From a virus: a stretch of 64,000 bases of DNA. The notes below the pieces were generated by a model, which saw only the letters and a list, made by a program, of their open reading frames with translations, was not told the DNA's origin and did not search any database. Below are positions 47,339 through 56,938 of this stretch, in pieces. Position numbers and translations under genes: made by a program. The stretch spans positions 8,645 to 72,644 of the IMG/VR virus record IMGVR_UViG_3300032562_000014; one strand, given 5' to 3'. Position 1 is the stretch's first letter; every line of letters starts with the position of its first letter.

Positions 47339-50300
47339 AGATAGACTGTTTATTCCTGAATACTTCGCTTGTAGAAAAGCTGAAAAAGTATGTTCGCTCC
47401 GAAGGCTACGAACGCCTGGCTGACAACAAAGGCATGTCCTTTCAGTCTATGTATGACCATGTAAAAAACGAACTGGGCGTAGAGATAGATAAAGAGAGCT
47501 TCGGGTATATTTATGAGAATGAACTGCAGCACTCCAAGGATGAGCGATTTACGCACAGCGATGATATTTCGGAGAGCGTAGGCGCGCCAATGACGCAAAC
47601 ACTCCGAAACCTCATGGTGCATTCAGATAAGACCGGTGAGCAAAAAATAGGTGATCTATCCCCTGGCAACGCAGTGGCAAAAAGCATCACCGATACCTTC
47701 TCCAATAAAATAATAAAAGACGAGCGCACAAAGAGCAACCTGAAAAAAATGGAGGGCTTCGTAAAGGAGGCTATGGACCGAGTGGCCGGAGAACTGCCAG
47801 AAGATGTGAATAAAAAAGAGGATAAACGCACCATGGAGCAAGTAGTTGCGGATGCGATAGATAAAGAGTCGCTGGGACACAAAGATGCACTCACCGGAGC
47901 TACTATAGGAATAGACAAAGTATTTGACCATGTGCAAAAAGTGATTAGCGAACATGCCAAAGCAATAGGCGATCCTGAATTACAGCAACAGTATGAGAAA
48001 TACACAGAGGATATGCGCAAGAACGCATACACCATAGCATTGTCGTCCGGTGAAGCAAAGAAAGTAGTGGAAGGCTCACTCCGCGATGCCGGCTTTATGA
48101 AAACAGATGCCGAAGGCCGGGAATTAGTGGACTGGGACAAGCTGAAAGGAAGCATCAACAGCCCGCGCCAGTTGTATGACAATACGGTGAAGGCGCTTAC
48201 TAAATCAGGCATAGACCAAAACACCGCAGAGCGTGTGGCATTGGCAGTAAACAGGGAGCATACGGAACTGGTTAAAAAGGTGGCTTTAAAGGCAGATGCG
48301 GAGCAAGCGAAACTACTGTCCTCATGGGATGCTAATAAAAACAAGAAAATATCTGCAAAAGCCGAAATAGATGATCAGGTTCAAAAGTGGGATAACTATA
48401 AAGGATTTGAAGGCAAAGCAGATGCGCCACTGATAGTAAGTAAAAGCACTGCTAAAGAAGCGCTGAAACATGTGCTTACAAGAGTGGGGTTAATAGATAA
48501 AAATGGCAACCTGAGCCTTGATAAAATATCGAAGCAGATAACCAAACCTGCCGACATAAAATACATCGCGCAGGAATATTTCAAAGCCCAAAAGAACGAA
48601 GACGGTACACCCAAATACGATACAGAAACCGCCGGCCACATAGCCAATGCAATAGACGGCATGTACCAGGAACTATTCTCTAAAGTGCGCGAGCATGTGG
48701 AAGGCAAGCAAAAGGCAGTAGAAGCCACATGGGAGCCTAAAACAGGCGAAGCAAAGCAGCAGACCACTGCAGATGAATTGATAGACAACAGGCTAAAAGA
48801 AAGCAGCCAGTACCGCAAGATCACAGGCAAAGCAAATGCGCCACTGAAATTCAAATTACAGGAAGCGCAGAAGATAGCCGGAGAAGCCATTGCTGCCAGC
48901 AAGGAATATGGTAAAAATGGCAAAATAGACTGGCAAGCAATGGCAGAAAACAGGCCCAGCGGGATAAAGATGGAGGCGATGTTGCGCAATCATCTGTTGG
49001 AGAAGTATGGGTATAGCAAAAGCGATGCGGCAGAAGTAGCGGCATCCATAACGAGGGATTACATAGAAAAGCTGCACGAAGATATAGACAGACATGCCAG
49101 CGGCATATTAGATGCAAGACAGGCTGCATTAGGCCGTGAAGCGCCGGAAAGAAAAACAGCAATAGAAAGGCTGGCCCAGGCGCATACACTGGGTATATTT
49201 GATGAATCAAGGGAGGCGCTACTCCATCATATGCTGGGGATAGACAAGATAGATGCAGATGACCTGCAATCGCTTAAAAGCCTATCAGATACAATTGGTA
49301 ATTTGCGAAATGAAGTTGCCGGCCCAAACTACTTGAATAGTTTTGCATATCAAAGTGCTAATCGCGTAGTAGCTCACCTGCTGGACAAAAATAAGGAAGA
49401 TCACAGCCGGGCTATAAAGATAGCTAATGCAGTCAATCATGCCTTTGGCTTGATGAATATGAGCCTTATAGCCAACCCGTATAATCTGATAGAAAATAAC
49501 TGGTCGGGGGCTCAGGCATTATTGGGCGCTCAGGGAGAACTTGTGAAGCAAATGGGTGCTAAAAATGCAGCTATGTTCAATGATCACAAACTATGGGCTA
49601 ATGTATGGAAGGATGTAGGTATTGGCGGCACGGAATATGGAGATGGTGCCGGTGAAAAGTGGGCGCACATCGGAGGTTATGTAGATAAGCTGAATACCCT
49701 TGATTTTAAAAATAATCCCGGCAGGGCTATACTTACTTCTGTTATTACTCCATTCAGGACCCTGCTAAACGGATCGGATGCGGCTAACAAAGCGGTCCTC
49801 CATCAAAAGGGATTTGTATTAATGCTACACAAAGCCCTTACCTCGCAAGGAATGGATAACGATGCTGCCGCGCATTTTATTCACGAAGCATTGTACGGAG
49901 AGAATTTTGATAAAGCAAGAGAAAGAGCAAGGGGATTGATAGAAAAGTACGGTGACCAGTTGGGTATTGGTGCAACCCGTCAGGCAAGAAAGAGGGCGGA
50001 AATAAGGTGGGCTAACGACCTTGTAAAAGCAAACCTTAATCTCAGCGGGGAAACGAGTATGCTGGGCGGTGATATGCCTATAAAGGACGAAGAAATCATT
50101 GAAGCTGCATTATCAAGTAGTTTTCATGCGGCATCATTGTCTTTAGGCCACGAAGCAAATAATATGGCTTCTCGCGGATTGAAGGCCGGGAAAAAGGCTG
50201 CAGCACAGCATGAAAAAGAACTTATAGAAAAGGGGGAATATCAAAAAGCGGCATTAGCCAGATTTGGTAATAACCTTTATTACAATGGAGTTAAGAGAAT

Positions 50301-51093
50301 GATCAGTGGTTCCCTCAACTGGGCCATGCTTCGCGCGGAAAGTGCCGGCATAGGATTAGGATTGTCCCCTACAGTATTGGGGGACAGAAAGACAAGCCTC
50401 GACTTTACCAGTAAGGATAAGCTGGAAGAAAGTATGCGCCAAAGGATCGTTGCATCGCGAAAGATAACCAGGGCGATAACGGGAGCAACTATGTCTGCAT
50501 TAACGATAGCCGGGCTGGCTACATATGGCGCGCTCAAAAAGAAAGACGAAGATGCAGATGCGCCGGAGATGACAGACACAGAAAAGGGCATGAAGTCTGT
50601 AAAAGATACATGGGCCGCAGATAAGATAATGGGTAAAGCCGGCCCCGATCTTGCGTATCTATACTATTTGTCTAAAATGAATGAAGGGCAAGGAGGTGCA
50701 GCCGCAGCATACGGGTCTATAAAATACGTCAACAACCTACTTAACAATAACCCCACCTACACAACAGCAGGTGATATGTATGGTATTGAAGAGGCGCTAC
50801 GCCAAGGGCATATGAATGAAAAAAGCCAAAATAAAGCCGCCGGTAAATTCGGACAGCTTATTGGACAATTTTTGAATGTACCCCTGTACGTACCCTTTCA
50901 TCAGATATACGATATGATAGATGGCAATCCGCATAAAAGAGAGTTTACCAAACCAGAATCGGTGATACAGGGCGCTTTAATGGGTGGCTTCATACAGGAT
51001 GGAATAAATTGGCTGCCAGACGACATCATAGAAAATCATCAGATGCAAAACTGGAAATACAAGCCTGCGTACAATCCAAATGCAGGGCAATAA
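47332..51093 (+). CDS. Large ejection/cargo protein
   Basis: 1253 aa, helical, with C-terminal Gly/Ala hydrophobic segments; overlaps the previous stop. Confidence 0.65.
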   Translation: MLKIDCLFLNTSLVEKLKKYVRSEGYERLADNKGMSFQSMYDHVKNELGVEIDKESFGYIYENELQHSKDERFTHSDDISESVGAPMTQTLRNLMVHSDKTGEQKIGDLSPGNAVAKSITDTFSNKIIKDERTKSNLKKMEGFVKEAMDRVAGELPEDVNKKEDKRTMEQVVADAIDKESLGHKDALTGATIGIDKVFDHVQKVISEHAKAIGDPELQQQYEKYTEDMRKNAYTIALSSGEAKKVVEGSLRDAGFMKTDAEGRELVDWDKLKGSINSPRQLYDNTVKALTKSGIDQNTAERVALAVNREHTELVKKVALKADAEQAKLLSSWDANKNKKISAKAEIDDQVQKWDNYKGFEGKADAPLIVSKSTAKEALKHVLTRVGLIDKNGNLSLDKISKQITKPADIKYIAQEYFKAQKNEDGTPKYDTETAGHIANAIDGMYQELFSKVREHVEGKQKAVEATWEPKTGEAKQQTTADELIDNRLKESSQYRKITGKANAPLKFKLQEAQKIAGEAIAASKEYGKNGKIDWQAMAENRPSGIKMEAMLRNHLLEKYGYSKSDAAEVAASITRDYIEKLHEDIDRHASGILDARQAALGREAPERKTAIERLAQAHTLGIFDESREALLHHMLGIDKIDADDLQSLKSLSDTIGNLRNEVAGPNYLNSFAYQSANRVVAHLLDKNKEDHSRAIKIANAVNHAFGLMNMSLIANPYNLIENNWSGAQALLGAQGELVKQMGAKNAAMFNDHKLWANVWKDVGIGGTEYGDGAGEKWAHIGGYVDKLNTLDFKNNPGRAILTSVITPFRTLLNGSDAANKAVLHQKGFVLMLHKALTSQGMDNDAAAHFIHEALYGENFDKARERARGLIEKYGDQLGIGATRQARKRAEIRWANDLVKANLNLSGETSMLGGDMPIKDEEIIEAALSSSFHAASLSLGHEANNMASRGLKAGKKAAAQHEKELIEKGEYQKAALARFGNNLYYNGVKRMISGSLNWAMLRAESAGIGLGLSPTVLGDRKTSLDFTSKDKLEESMRQRIVASRKITRAITGATMSALTIAGLATYGALKKKDEDADAPEMTDTEKGMKSVKDTWAADKIMGKAGPDLAYLYYLSKMNEGQGGAAAAYGSIKYVNNLLNNNPTYTTAGDMYGIEEALRQGHMNEKSQNKAAGKFGQLIGQFLNVPLYVPFHQIYDMIDGNPHKREFTKPESVIQGALMGGFIQDGINWLPDDIIENHQMQNWKYKPAYNPNAGQ

Positions 51094-51099
51094 CACGGG

Positions 51100-51175
51100 A
51101 AAAGCCCAATCGATCGTTGAACCCTGAACGGTGCCATCGACACCTCAGCTCAATAGTAGCAACCAGTCTGGACAA
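51100..51175 (+). repeat. 76-bp direct repeat, copy 1
   Basis: 73/76 identical to 56918-56993. Confidence 0.9.
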
Positions 51176-51180
51176 CAACT

Positions 51181-51211
51181 AAAAAAAGGAAGGCCTCCGA
51201 GAACGGAGGCC
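51181..51211 (-). terminator. Intrinsic terminator (minus strand)
   Basis: GGCCTCCG-ttct-CGGAGGCC-ttcc-TTTTTTT on the minus strand. Confidence 0.8.
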
Positions 51212-51286
51212 ACAAGTAAGGCTACGACAACAAATCGTGGCCATCCCTCATTAATCACACAACAACGTGGTGTAAAAATGACAACG
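51181..51286 (-). ncRNA. Candidate trans-acting antisense sRNA with GU-rich seed loops
   Basis: TACTTTTG on minus at 51290-51297 with TTTG 22 nt upstream; no protein-length ORF. Hairpins expose GUUGUU and UUUGUUG. It ends in a GC stem plus U-tract and is complementary to leaders of several genes. Confidence 0.6.
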
Positions 51287-51325
51287 GGACAAAAGTAGTG
51301 TTTCTAAAAAATATTTCAACAAATA

Positions 51326-51356
51326 TTTGGTGGTGTGAAATAGTTGTGTAATTTTG
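51326..51356 (+). promoter_or_regulatory. Consensus Bacteroidota promoter (-33 TTTG / -7 TAnnTTTG)
   Basis: TTTG at 51326-51329, a 19-nt spacer, then TAATTTTG at 51349-51356. Confidence 0.75.
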
Positions 51357-51378
51357 TGGAAACAAGTGGAATAATACA

Positions 51379-51558
51379 ATGGGCCGACCACGAGAAGAAG
51401 ATTCTGAATTATTTGATGTACGTATTAAAGTTATGGGAGAAGACGCTCTTACCATAAGGAAGTACGTAGAGGATAAGAAGAAGAAGGATCGCCGCAAAAC
51501 GATTATCAATACTGTAGAGGCAATACTGCTGGAAGCAGCCGAACAGCACAAAAAATAA
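51379..51558 (+). CDS. Small RHH/Arc-like DNA-binding protein (59 aa, below the ORF-track cutoff)
   Basis: Manual translation: MGRPREEDSELFDVRIKVMGEDALTIRKYVEDKKKKDRRKTIINTVEAILLEAAEQHKK. It lies directly behind the consensus promoter. Confidence 0.6.
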   Translation: MGRPREEDSELFDVRIKVMGEDALTIRKYVEDKKKKDRRKTIINTVEAILLEAAEQHKK

Positions 51559-51574
51559 TAGAAAACAGGAAAGC

Positions 51575-52237
51575 ATGACCACATCCCTACTTAACGACTG
51601 CCTCCTGCTCCGCGCCGGGACCGAAGAGAAACTACGGGAATACCTTCATTCGGTAAACCTGCTGGTGTTTGACCCGTTGTTTGATAGGCTACACAGAACT
51701 GATGCTGGGTTAACTGTACCGCAAATCGTACTGTACATACTATGCGCCTACAGTGAGGACAGTCCTATGATAATACTCCGGCAGGATGTGTTGACAGAGC
51801 AGAACAACATCTGTGAGTTCCTGCAAATACCAGAGATATTCAGGCCAGACCTTATCAACCTGAAAGACTCGCAGATAAAGAGAGTAGCAGTGGATTACGT
51901 CAACCAATTCGCCAGCCCGGTGTTTCGCTCCATGATGTTCACGAGAATACAGATACGTGACTTTGAAATTGCAATGACCGTAAGGGATTTCAGTGTACTA
52001 AAGCCCGGTGACGACAAAGAATATTACTATGATAGCAAAGAGCATGGTAAAATCACATCTGAACACATGAGGCTTTGCAAGCAATTAGCTGACATGGAAA
52101 AACAGGTGAAGCAGGACATGAAGAGAATAGAAGGGATGAATGAATTGCTGGACTTTATGGATGAGGCGAAGGGAACAAAGAAAGGGAAGGCGGCAAAGAA
52201 GCGCGCCACAGGGCACATCGAAAATCAAATAGAATAA
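51575..52237 (+). CDS. Hypothetical protein (possible terminase small subunit)
   Basis: 220 aa, helical with a basic C-terminus, in the terminase operon. Function is inferred from position only. Confidence 0.45.
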   Translation: MTTSLLNDCLLLRAGTEEKLREYLHSVNLLVFDPLFDRLHRTDAGLTVPQIVLYILCAYSEDSPMIILRQDVLTEQNNICEFLQIPEIFRPDLINLKDSQIKRVAVDYVNQFASPVFRSMMFTRIQIRDFEIAMTVRDFSVLKPGDDKEYYYDSKEHGKITSEHMRLCKQLADMEKQVKQDMKRIEGMNELLDFMDEAKGTKKGKAAKKRATGHIENQIE

Positions 52238-52269
52238 TTATTTTTTCACACAATAAAACGACAACAATC

Positions 52270-53076
52270 ATGGATCTTAAAAAAGAATTGCAGCAAATCA
52301 AGACAAATAATATTAAGCATCATAATGATGTAGTATCAGAAGTAAAGCTATTATTGGCTGGGGATGCCAGTGAAGATTTAGCTATAATGCGGCACCTTGC
52401 CAGTAACAGCAAGATAGTTAGAGCCGAAGAGGCGCTGGGGCGTAAAATAGAATTGGAGAAATTGGAGAATGACTACGGGGAAGTATATACAATAGATCAA
52501 ATAGAAAAACTGTGCATCAAGTATAAACTTAGATTTCTCCCTTCAAGACTATTCAAGGGGGATTTGCCAGTCACTACCATTCATAAGATAAAGCAGTTTG
52601 CTAAAGAAACTACTACATCTATTGATCCTCATTCTCTTAATACAAAATTCTTTATCATTGCCCCTGCGGAGTCTTTTGAATTAAATTATGTTTCCGAAAG
52701 GGCGGAGCGTGAACGTATCATGAGAGAGAAAGACCCAGTTCTTTTTTATCAGATAGATAGCGAGCATTACCGGATGATACACAAATGGGGAAATGACTTC
52801 ACTATATTCAGAAGGGTAATAGGTTTTATCTGGGAGAATAAAGCACAACATAATTACACAATAAAAATATCTTATGTTGCAATCATGAGTGTTATTATCT
52901 ATTTGCTTGCCTCTACAATCCCTGATGGAGATCATCTTATTGCGTTTACAATCCACTTTGCTGGGAGCCTATTGGGAGTCATTTCAATTTTGGTACTTCT
53001 TATTGCATATGAGAGAGAGGACAAAGAATGGTGGTCAAAAAATAACTGGAATAACACAAGTAAAATGGTGCGATAA
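52270..53076 (+). CDS. Hypothetical membrane protein
   Basis: LRFLPSRLFKG and KDPVLFY...IHKWGNDF motifs; two C-terminal TM helices. Confidence 0.6.
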   Translation: MDLKKELQQIKTNNIKHHNDVVSEVKLLLAGDASEDLAIMRHLASNSKIVRAEEALGRKIELEKLENDYGEVYTIDQIEKLCIKYKLRFLPSRLFKGDLPVTTIHKIKQFAKETTTSIDPHSLNTKFFIIAPAESFELNYVSERAERERIMREKDPVLFYQIDSEHYRMIHKWGNDFTIFRRVIGFIWENKAQHNYTIKISYVAIMSVIIYLLASTIPDGDHLIAFTIHFAGSLLGVISILVLLIAYEREDKEWWSKNNWNNTSKMVR

Positions 53077-53483
53077 TGGCTACACTATCAAAAAAATCAT
53101 GGCACTCATGGCTATTCAGGAGCACCTATGGTGTTCCATTGCCTCAAAATTTGTGTACTTACTTTTGGGGCGTTGTATTAGCAGTGATTCTTGCGGTACC
53201 ATTTGCGATAACGCATATAGTGCATATCTTCACAAAGAAAAGACACTTCACGCATCTGTGGTTCTCGATCATTCCATATTGGGTATTCAACTTATCAATG
53301 AACTGGCGCTATGTATTTGTGTTGTTGGGTATTGTTGTTTTATCGGGATTAGGTTTTGCGCTATCTTTATTGATGCCTTCACTAAAATCGGAGAATGACA
53401 ATTTATTCATAGAGCGGTTCAAGGCGTTTAAGGGTAAGTATTGCCCTAAGATAAATTGGAGAGAAGAGCCCAATAGCAGCTAA
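53076..53483 (+). CDS. Hypothetical membrane protein
   Basis: PQNLCTYFW, two to three TM helices and KGKYCPKINW; TAATG-coupled. Confidence 0.6.
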   Translation: MATLSKKSWHSWLFRSTYGVPLPQNLCTYFWGVVLAVILAVPFAITHIVHIFTKKRHFTHLWFSIIPYWVFNLSMNWRYVFVLLGIVVLSGLGFALSLLMPSLKSENDNLFIERFKAFKGKYCPKINWREEPNSS

Positions 53484-53542
53484 AAGGGGAGGTCGGCGAA
53501 GAATCTGAAAACAGGTCACGTAGAGGGTGTAATTGAATAACT

Positions 53543-54028
53543 ATGGAATATAGGGAATATCCAGATCAGCAGTTCGCATATATTCTACATCATACCGAAG
53601 GCGGCAACGATCCTATGTCTGGAGAAGCGCCGCGAAAAATAGGCGAGATAGTTGGCGCATCGGACGATGAGGAAGAAATGGTTGCACTTGGTAAGAAGTT
53701 GTACCCAAGGCCGACTACATGGGAATGGGATGGTTGGACTATAAATGTGAATACCAGCACTGATATTGGCAAGGCTAAGTATGCAGCATGGGCAGAAGAT
53801 AGCAGGAAACGATTTGCATATATTGAAGCACACTCAGAAGAGTATGATTTTATTAACTATGGGGAGAATAAAATTTACTTTAAAAAGAACGGATTGCTCG
53901 ATGATTTAATAAACACTTCTGGGAATGATAAGTCAATGTACGGGACTATGTCCTTTTTAATTCCGAGTAGCGGTTTGATTGGGCCTGTAGCCCCAATAGA
54001 AATTTATACACCAAAGAATAAAGAATGA
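53543..54028 (+). CDS. Hypothetical protein
   Basis: 161-aa ORF with an ATGA overlap to the terminase gene. Confidence 0.55.
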   Translation: MEYREYPDQQFAYILHHTEGGNDPMSGEAPRKIGEIVGASDDEEEMVALGKKLYPRPTTWEWDGWTINVNTSTDIGKAKYAAWAEDSRKRFAYIEAHSEEYDFINYGENKIYFKKNGLLDDLINTSGNDKSMYGTMSFLIPSSGLIGPVAPIEIYTPKNKE

Positions 54029-56316
54029 CCTACAACGAAGGGGATATAATAGAGATACCAATCGGGGAGCACATCTTTCGCACCCCACCCGTTCCGCCAA
54101 AGCGGGACATCCTCTTCCATGACAAAAAGAAAGCCGACCAATACTGGACGCGCCAGACAGACCTGCCAAAAATATTTTACGACTGGCACAATGAAACACA
54201 TTCCTTCGGAGTAGGCGTAGAACTGGATGCAAAGAAGACAGAGTATCACCCGGACAGCCCTTCACTGCTTATATCCCTGAGTAAAGAAGACACAGCGCTA
54301 CTATTCGGCAAGGCAGAAGATGGGAAGGAAGGCTACCAGGTAAGAGAATACAGGCGAAGGAAAGAAGGAGTATGGTTCTACAACAACGGAGAGCCTACCT
54401 ACCTTACGGGAGATCACTATGCCGCCTTACAGTGGCTACCCATGCTTGCTTGTGACAATGAAGTAGAGCCCGGTAGTGTATATGGGCAATATCTTGAATT
54501 TCAGCGCGACTTCTGCTATTTCTTTTTATTGGCAGAAACCACAAAATTTGGCTATGGTGGGTTAATAGTAAAGCCAAAGAAGACCGGTCTTACGCAGTTG
54601 ATGTGCTGTATCTGCCTGAACCGAGCAATGATCATGCGCCTGAAGACAATACGCATGATGTCCATAACGGAGGCTATCTGCAAAGAAACCAATTTCAAGC
54701 TGATAGCCTATGCCATGGAAGGTGTGCCAGCCATCTTAATGCCCACGAAGACAAAGCAAAATGAGTCAGAGGTTATCTTTGGGCCACCGGCATCATCAAA
54801 GCGCAGCGTGAGGAAAACAAAGGAGCAAAACCTTGATTACTTGCACAACTGGCTATGCACCGTACCGACCACACGTACTGCCTTTGACTCTATAACCAAC
54901 TACATAGCATTCATAGATGAGTTTCCAAAGATAAAAGACAGCACCTACCCGAAAGAACTGTTTGAAGCCACACTGGTAGCGGTACGTGAAGGCTCCAAAA
55001 GGAAAGGCACAGTGTTTGGACTCTCTTACGTACCGGAAATATCCAACAGGTCCTTCCGCGAGGCAAAGGAGTTATTCATCAATAGCAAGCTAAAGACGGT
55101 CAAAAAGAACGAAGAGGGAGAATATGTTGGCCACACCAAAAGCGAGCTCATTTGCTATACCCTGTTAGTGCAGCAGGGCATATTCGGATGCTGTGACAAG
55201 TACGGCAAGCCGATAGAAGCTAAAGTATGGGGCTTCATCAACAACGAGAAAGAAAAGGCGAAGGACGACCCGGACAAGCTGCAAGCCATAAAGCGCCAGT
55301 ACCCATCATCGGAGAACGACCCATGGCAACATGCGATCAGTGACGACTCCCTGTACGACATAGTACGCCTTGAAGAGCAAATGGAATACCTGCTGGACAG
55401 ATACTCCACCGGCGACCTTCCGTATGAAACCTACAACCTGCGTTATGAATTTGCGCCAGTAAAGAAACCTCGCAGCGAGCAATACGAATTTCGGGGCAAG
55501 ATACTCATAGACCAGGTAACCAATGACGACATCATGGACGACAAGCCACTGGGCCTGTATAAGTGGTACGACAAACAGTGGACACCCGAATGGTACCTGC
55601 AAAAGCACCTGGGCAACATCACCGTAAACGAAAAGAACGGACTGCTGCAGCCCAACCCTAACAGCCCCTTCTTTCTCGCGATGGACCCGACAGGATACCG
55701 GAGCAAGAAATACACCGGCAAAGGATCCATGAACTCCCTGCAAGCCTTCATCATGCCGGATGCGGAACTAAACGCATGGTGCGGTGAAAACACCACCAAC
55801 TACCGGCAGATGATAGAGTACCACTACCGGCAGGACAAGCCCAGCGAAACCATGCAGGATGTGATCAGGCTGCTATTATTCCTTGGCTGCTACTTTCTGT
55901 TAGAGTCCAACCAGGCTACATGGGCAGAAGACCTCATAGAAATGGGATTGGGAAACTTCCTGCTGATGATGAACGAAGAGGGAGGATTGGAGCCATGGAA
56001 CCCCCACAGGAAGCAAAGCCTGTTTGAGAAGACCACAGCCAACATAGACCAGATGGTAAACGCCACACAGGAGCATTTGGGCGCAGCCAGAAGACCAGAG
56101 GACATAGACAACATCAAGTACATCAAAAGTTACCTCACCTGCAAGCAGTTAACAGAGGTAACAAAGCTGAACATGAAGGAGTATGACGTAGCAGTATGTT
56201 ATCAGGAGGCTATAATGGGCATGAAAGGCTATCAGGGCTGGAAGAGAGCGCAGGAGGAGAGAAACAGGCATCGCGGGGATGGTGGGATAAGGGCGGCGGT
56301 ATTAAAAATCAGGTAA
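54025..56316 (+). CDS. terL: Terminase large subunit (crAss-like)
   Basis: GVWFYNNGEPTYLTGDHY, Walker A-like KPKKTGLT, Walker B FIDEFPK, RQYP, nuclease-domain LAMDP and LLESN. Confidence 0.88.
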   Translation: MTYNEGDIIEIPIGEHIFRTPPVPPKRDILFHDKKKADQYWTRQTDLPKIFYDWHNETHSFGVGVELDAKKTEYHPDSPSLLISLSKEDTALLFGKAEDGKEGYQVREYRRRKEGVWFYNNGEPTYLTGDHYAALQWLPMLACDNEVEPGSVYGQYLEFQRDFCYFFLLAETTKFGYGGLIVKPKKTGLTQLMCCICLNRAMIMRLKTIRMMSITEAICKETNFKLIAYAMEGVPAILMPTKTKQNESEVIFGPPASSKRSVRKTKEQNLDYLHNWLCTVPTTRTAFDSITNYIAFIDEFPKIKDSTYPKELFEATLVAVREGSKRKGTVFGLSYVPEISNRSFREAKELFINSKLKTVKKNEEGEYVGHTKSELICYTLLVQQGIFGCCDKYGKPIEAKVWGFINNEKEKAKDDPDKLQAIKRQYPSSENDPWQHAISDDSLYDIVRLEEQMEYLLDRYSTGDLPYETYNLRYEFAPVKKPRSEQYEFRGKILIDQVTNDDIMDDKPLGLYKWYDKQWTPEWYLQKHLGNITVNEKNGLLQPNPNSPFFLAMDPTGYRSKKYTGKGSMNSLQAFIMPDAELNAWCGENTTNYRQMIEYHYRQDKPSETMQDVIRLLLFLGCYFLLESNQATWAEDLIEMGLGNFLLMMNEEGGLEPWNPHRKQSLFEKTTANIDQMVNATQEHLGAARRPEDIDNIKYIKSYLTCKQLTEVTKLNMKEYDVAVCYQEAIMGMKGYQGWKRAQEERNRHRGDGGIRAAVLKIR

Positions 56317-56339
56317 TCAAAACTAAAAAATAACAACAC

Positions 56340-56609
56340 ATGTACACGCGCGAACAGATCCTCGACAAAGTAAAAGACATTATCGTATCACACAACTACT
56401 GTGACCGGGATGAGGTATCCTTAACCACTACCCTTGAAGACGACCTTGGGCTGGACTCATTAGACAGGATAGAACTATCCATGGAGTTAGAGCGCGAGCT
56501 GGGCATATCCCTCAATGATGAAACAATATCACAGGCTAAACAAGTGAGCCATATTGTTGATCATGTGGAGGAAGTGCAAAGGCAGTTGGAATCGGCATCA
56601 AAAAATTAA
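56340..56609 (+). CDS. acpP: Acyl carrier protein
   Basis: 89 aa, acidic. LEDDLGLDSLDRIELSMELERELGISLND carries the phosphopantetheine attachment Ser in DSL. Confidence 0.9.
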   Translation: MYTREQILDKVKDIIVSHNYCDRDEVSLTTTLEDDLGLDSLDRIELSMELERELGISLNDETISQAKQVSHIVDHVEEVQRQLESASKN

Positions 56610-56701
56610 ACACCACATATGAAAATAGAATGGGAATACAACAGGGAAATGAACCACACCCCGGAAAGACGGGGATATTTTTCACACAATAATTCATAGC
56701 C

Positions 56702-56938
56702 ATGGATAAAGAATTTTTCACGATAATAAGTATGCTTTTTGAAGGCATCATAATAGGGTTCATATTCGGCGGAATAGTTGAGCGTTGCTCCCTGCAAAAA
56801 GAGAAGGAGGCGCGTAAGAGTGTGAAGCGTGCCAATAAAAAGGCAAAAGAAGATAAGGAGAAAGCCCGGCAGCAGGAAGTTGTTGATTTGTTAAAGGTTT
56901 ATCAGTTAAAGAATGAAAAAAGCCCGATAGATCGTTGA
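56702..56938 (+). CDS. Small membrane-anchored protein
   Basis: N-terminal TM helix and basic tail; the stop codon falls inside repeat copy 2. Confidence 0.5.
   Translation: MDKEFFTIISMLFEGIIIGFIFGGIVERCSLQKEKEARKSVKRANKKAKEDKEKARQQEVVDLLKVYQLKNEKSPIDR

Noticed and set aside
38402-51093. Virion RNA polymerase as in canonical Crassvirales cargo genes
   Set aside because: No DxDxD/DFDID catalytic motif was seen in the large cargo proteins, and structural operons have host-type promoters. Formal Crassvirales membership is therefore not claimed.
51255-51584. 109-aa minus-strand ORF
   Set aside because: It is the antisense shadow of the 59-aa plus-strand gene and overlaps both promoters.
54025-56316. 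Intein or intron in the terminase
   Set aside because: The length is normal for this terminase type, and no C...HN splice motifs or LAGLIDADG blocks were seen.
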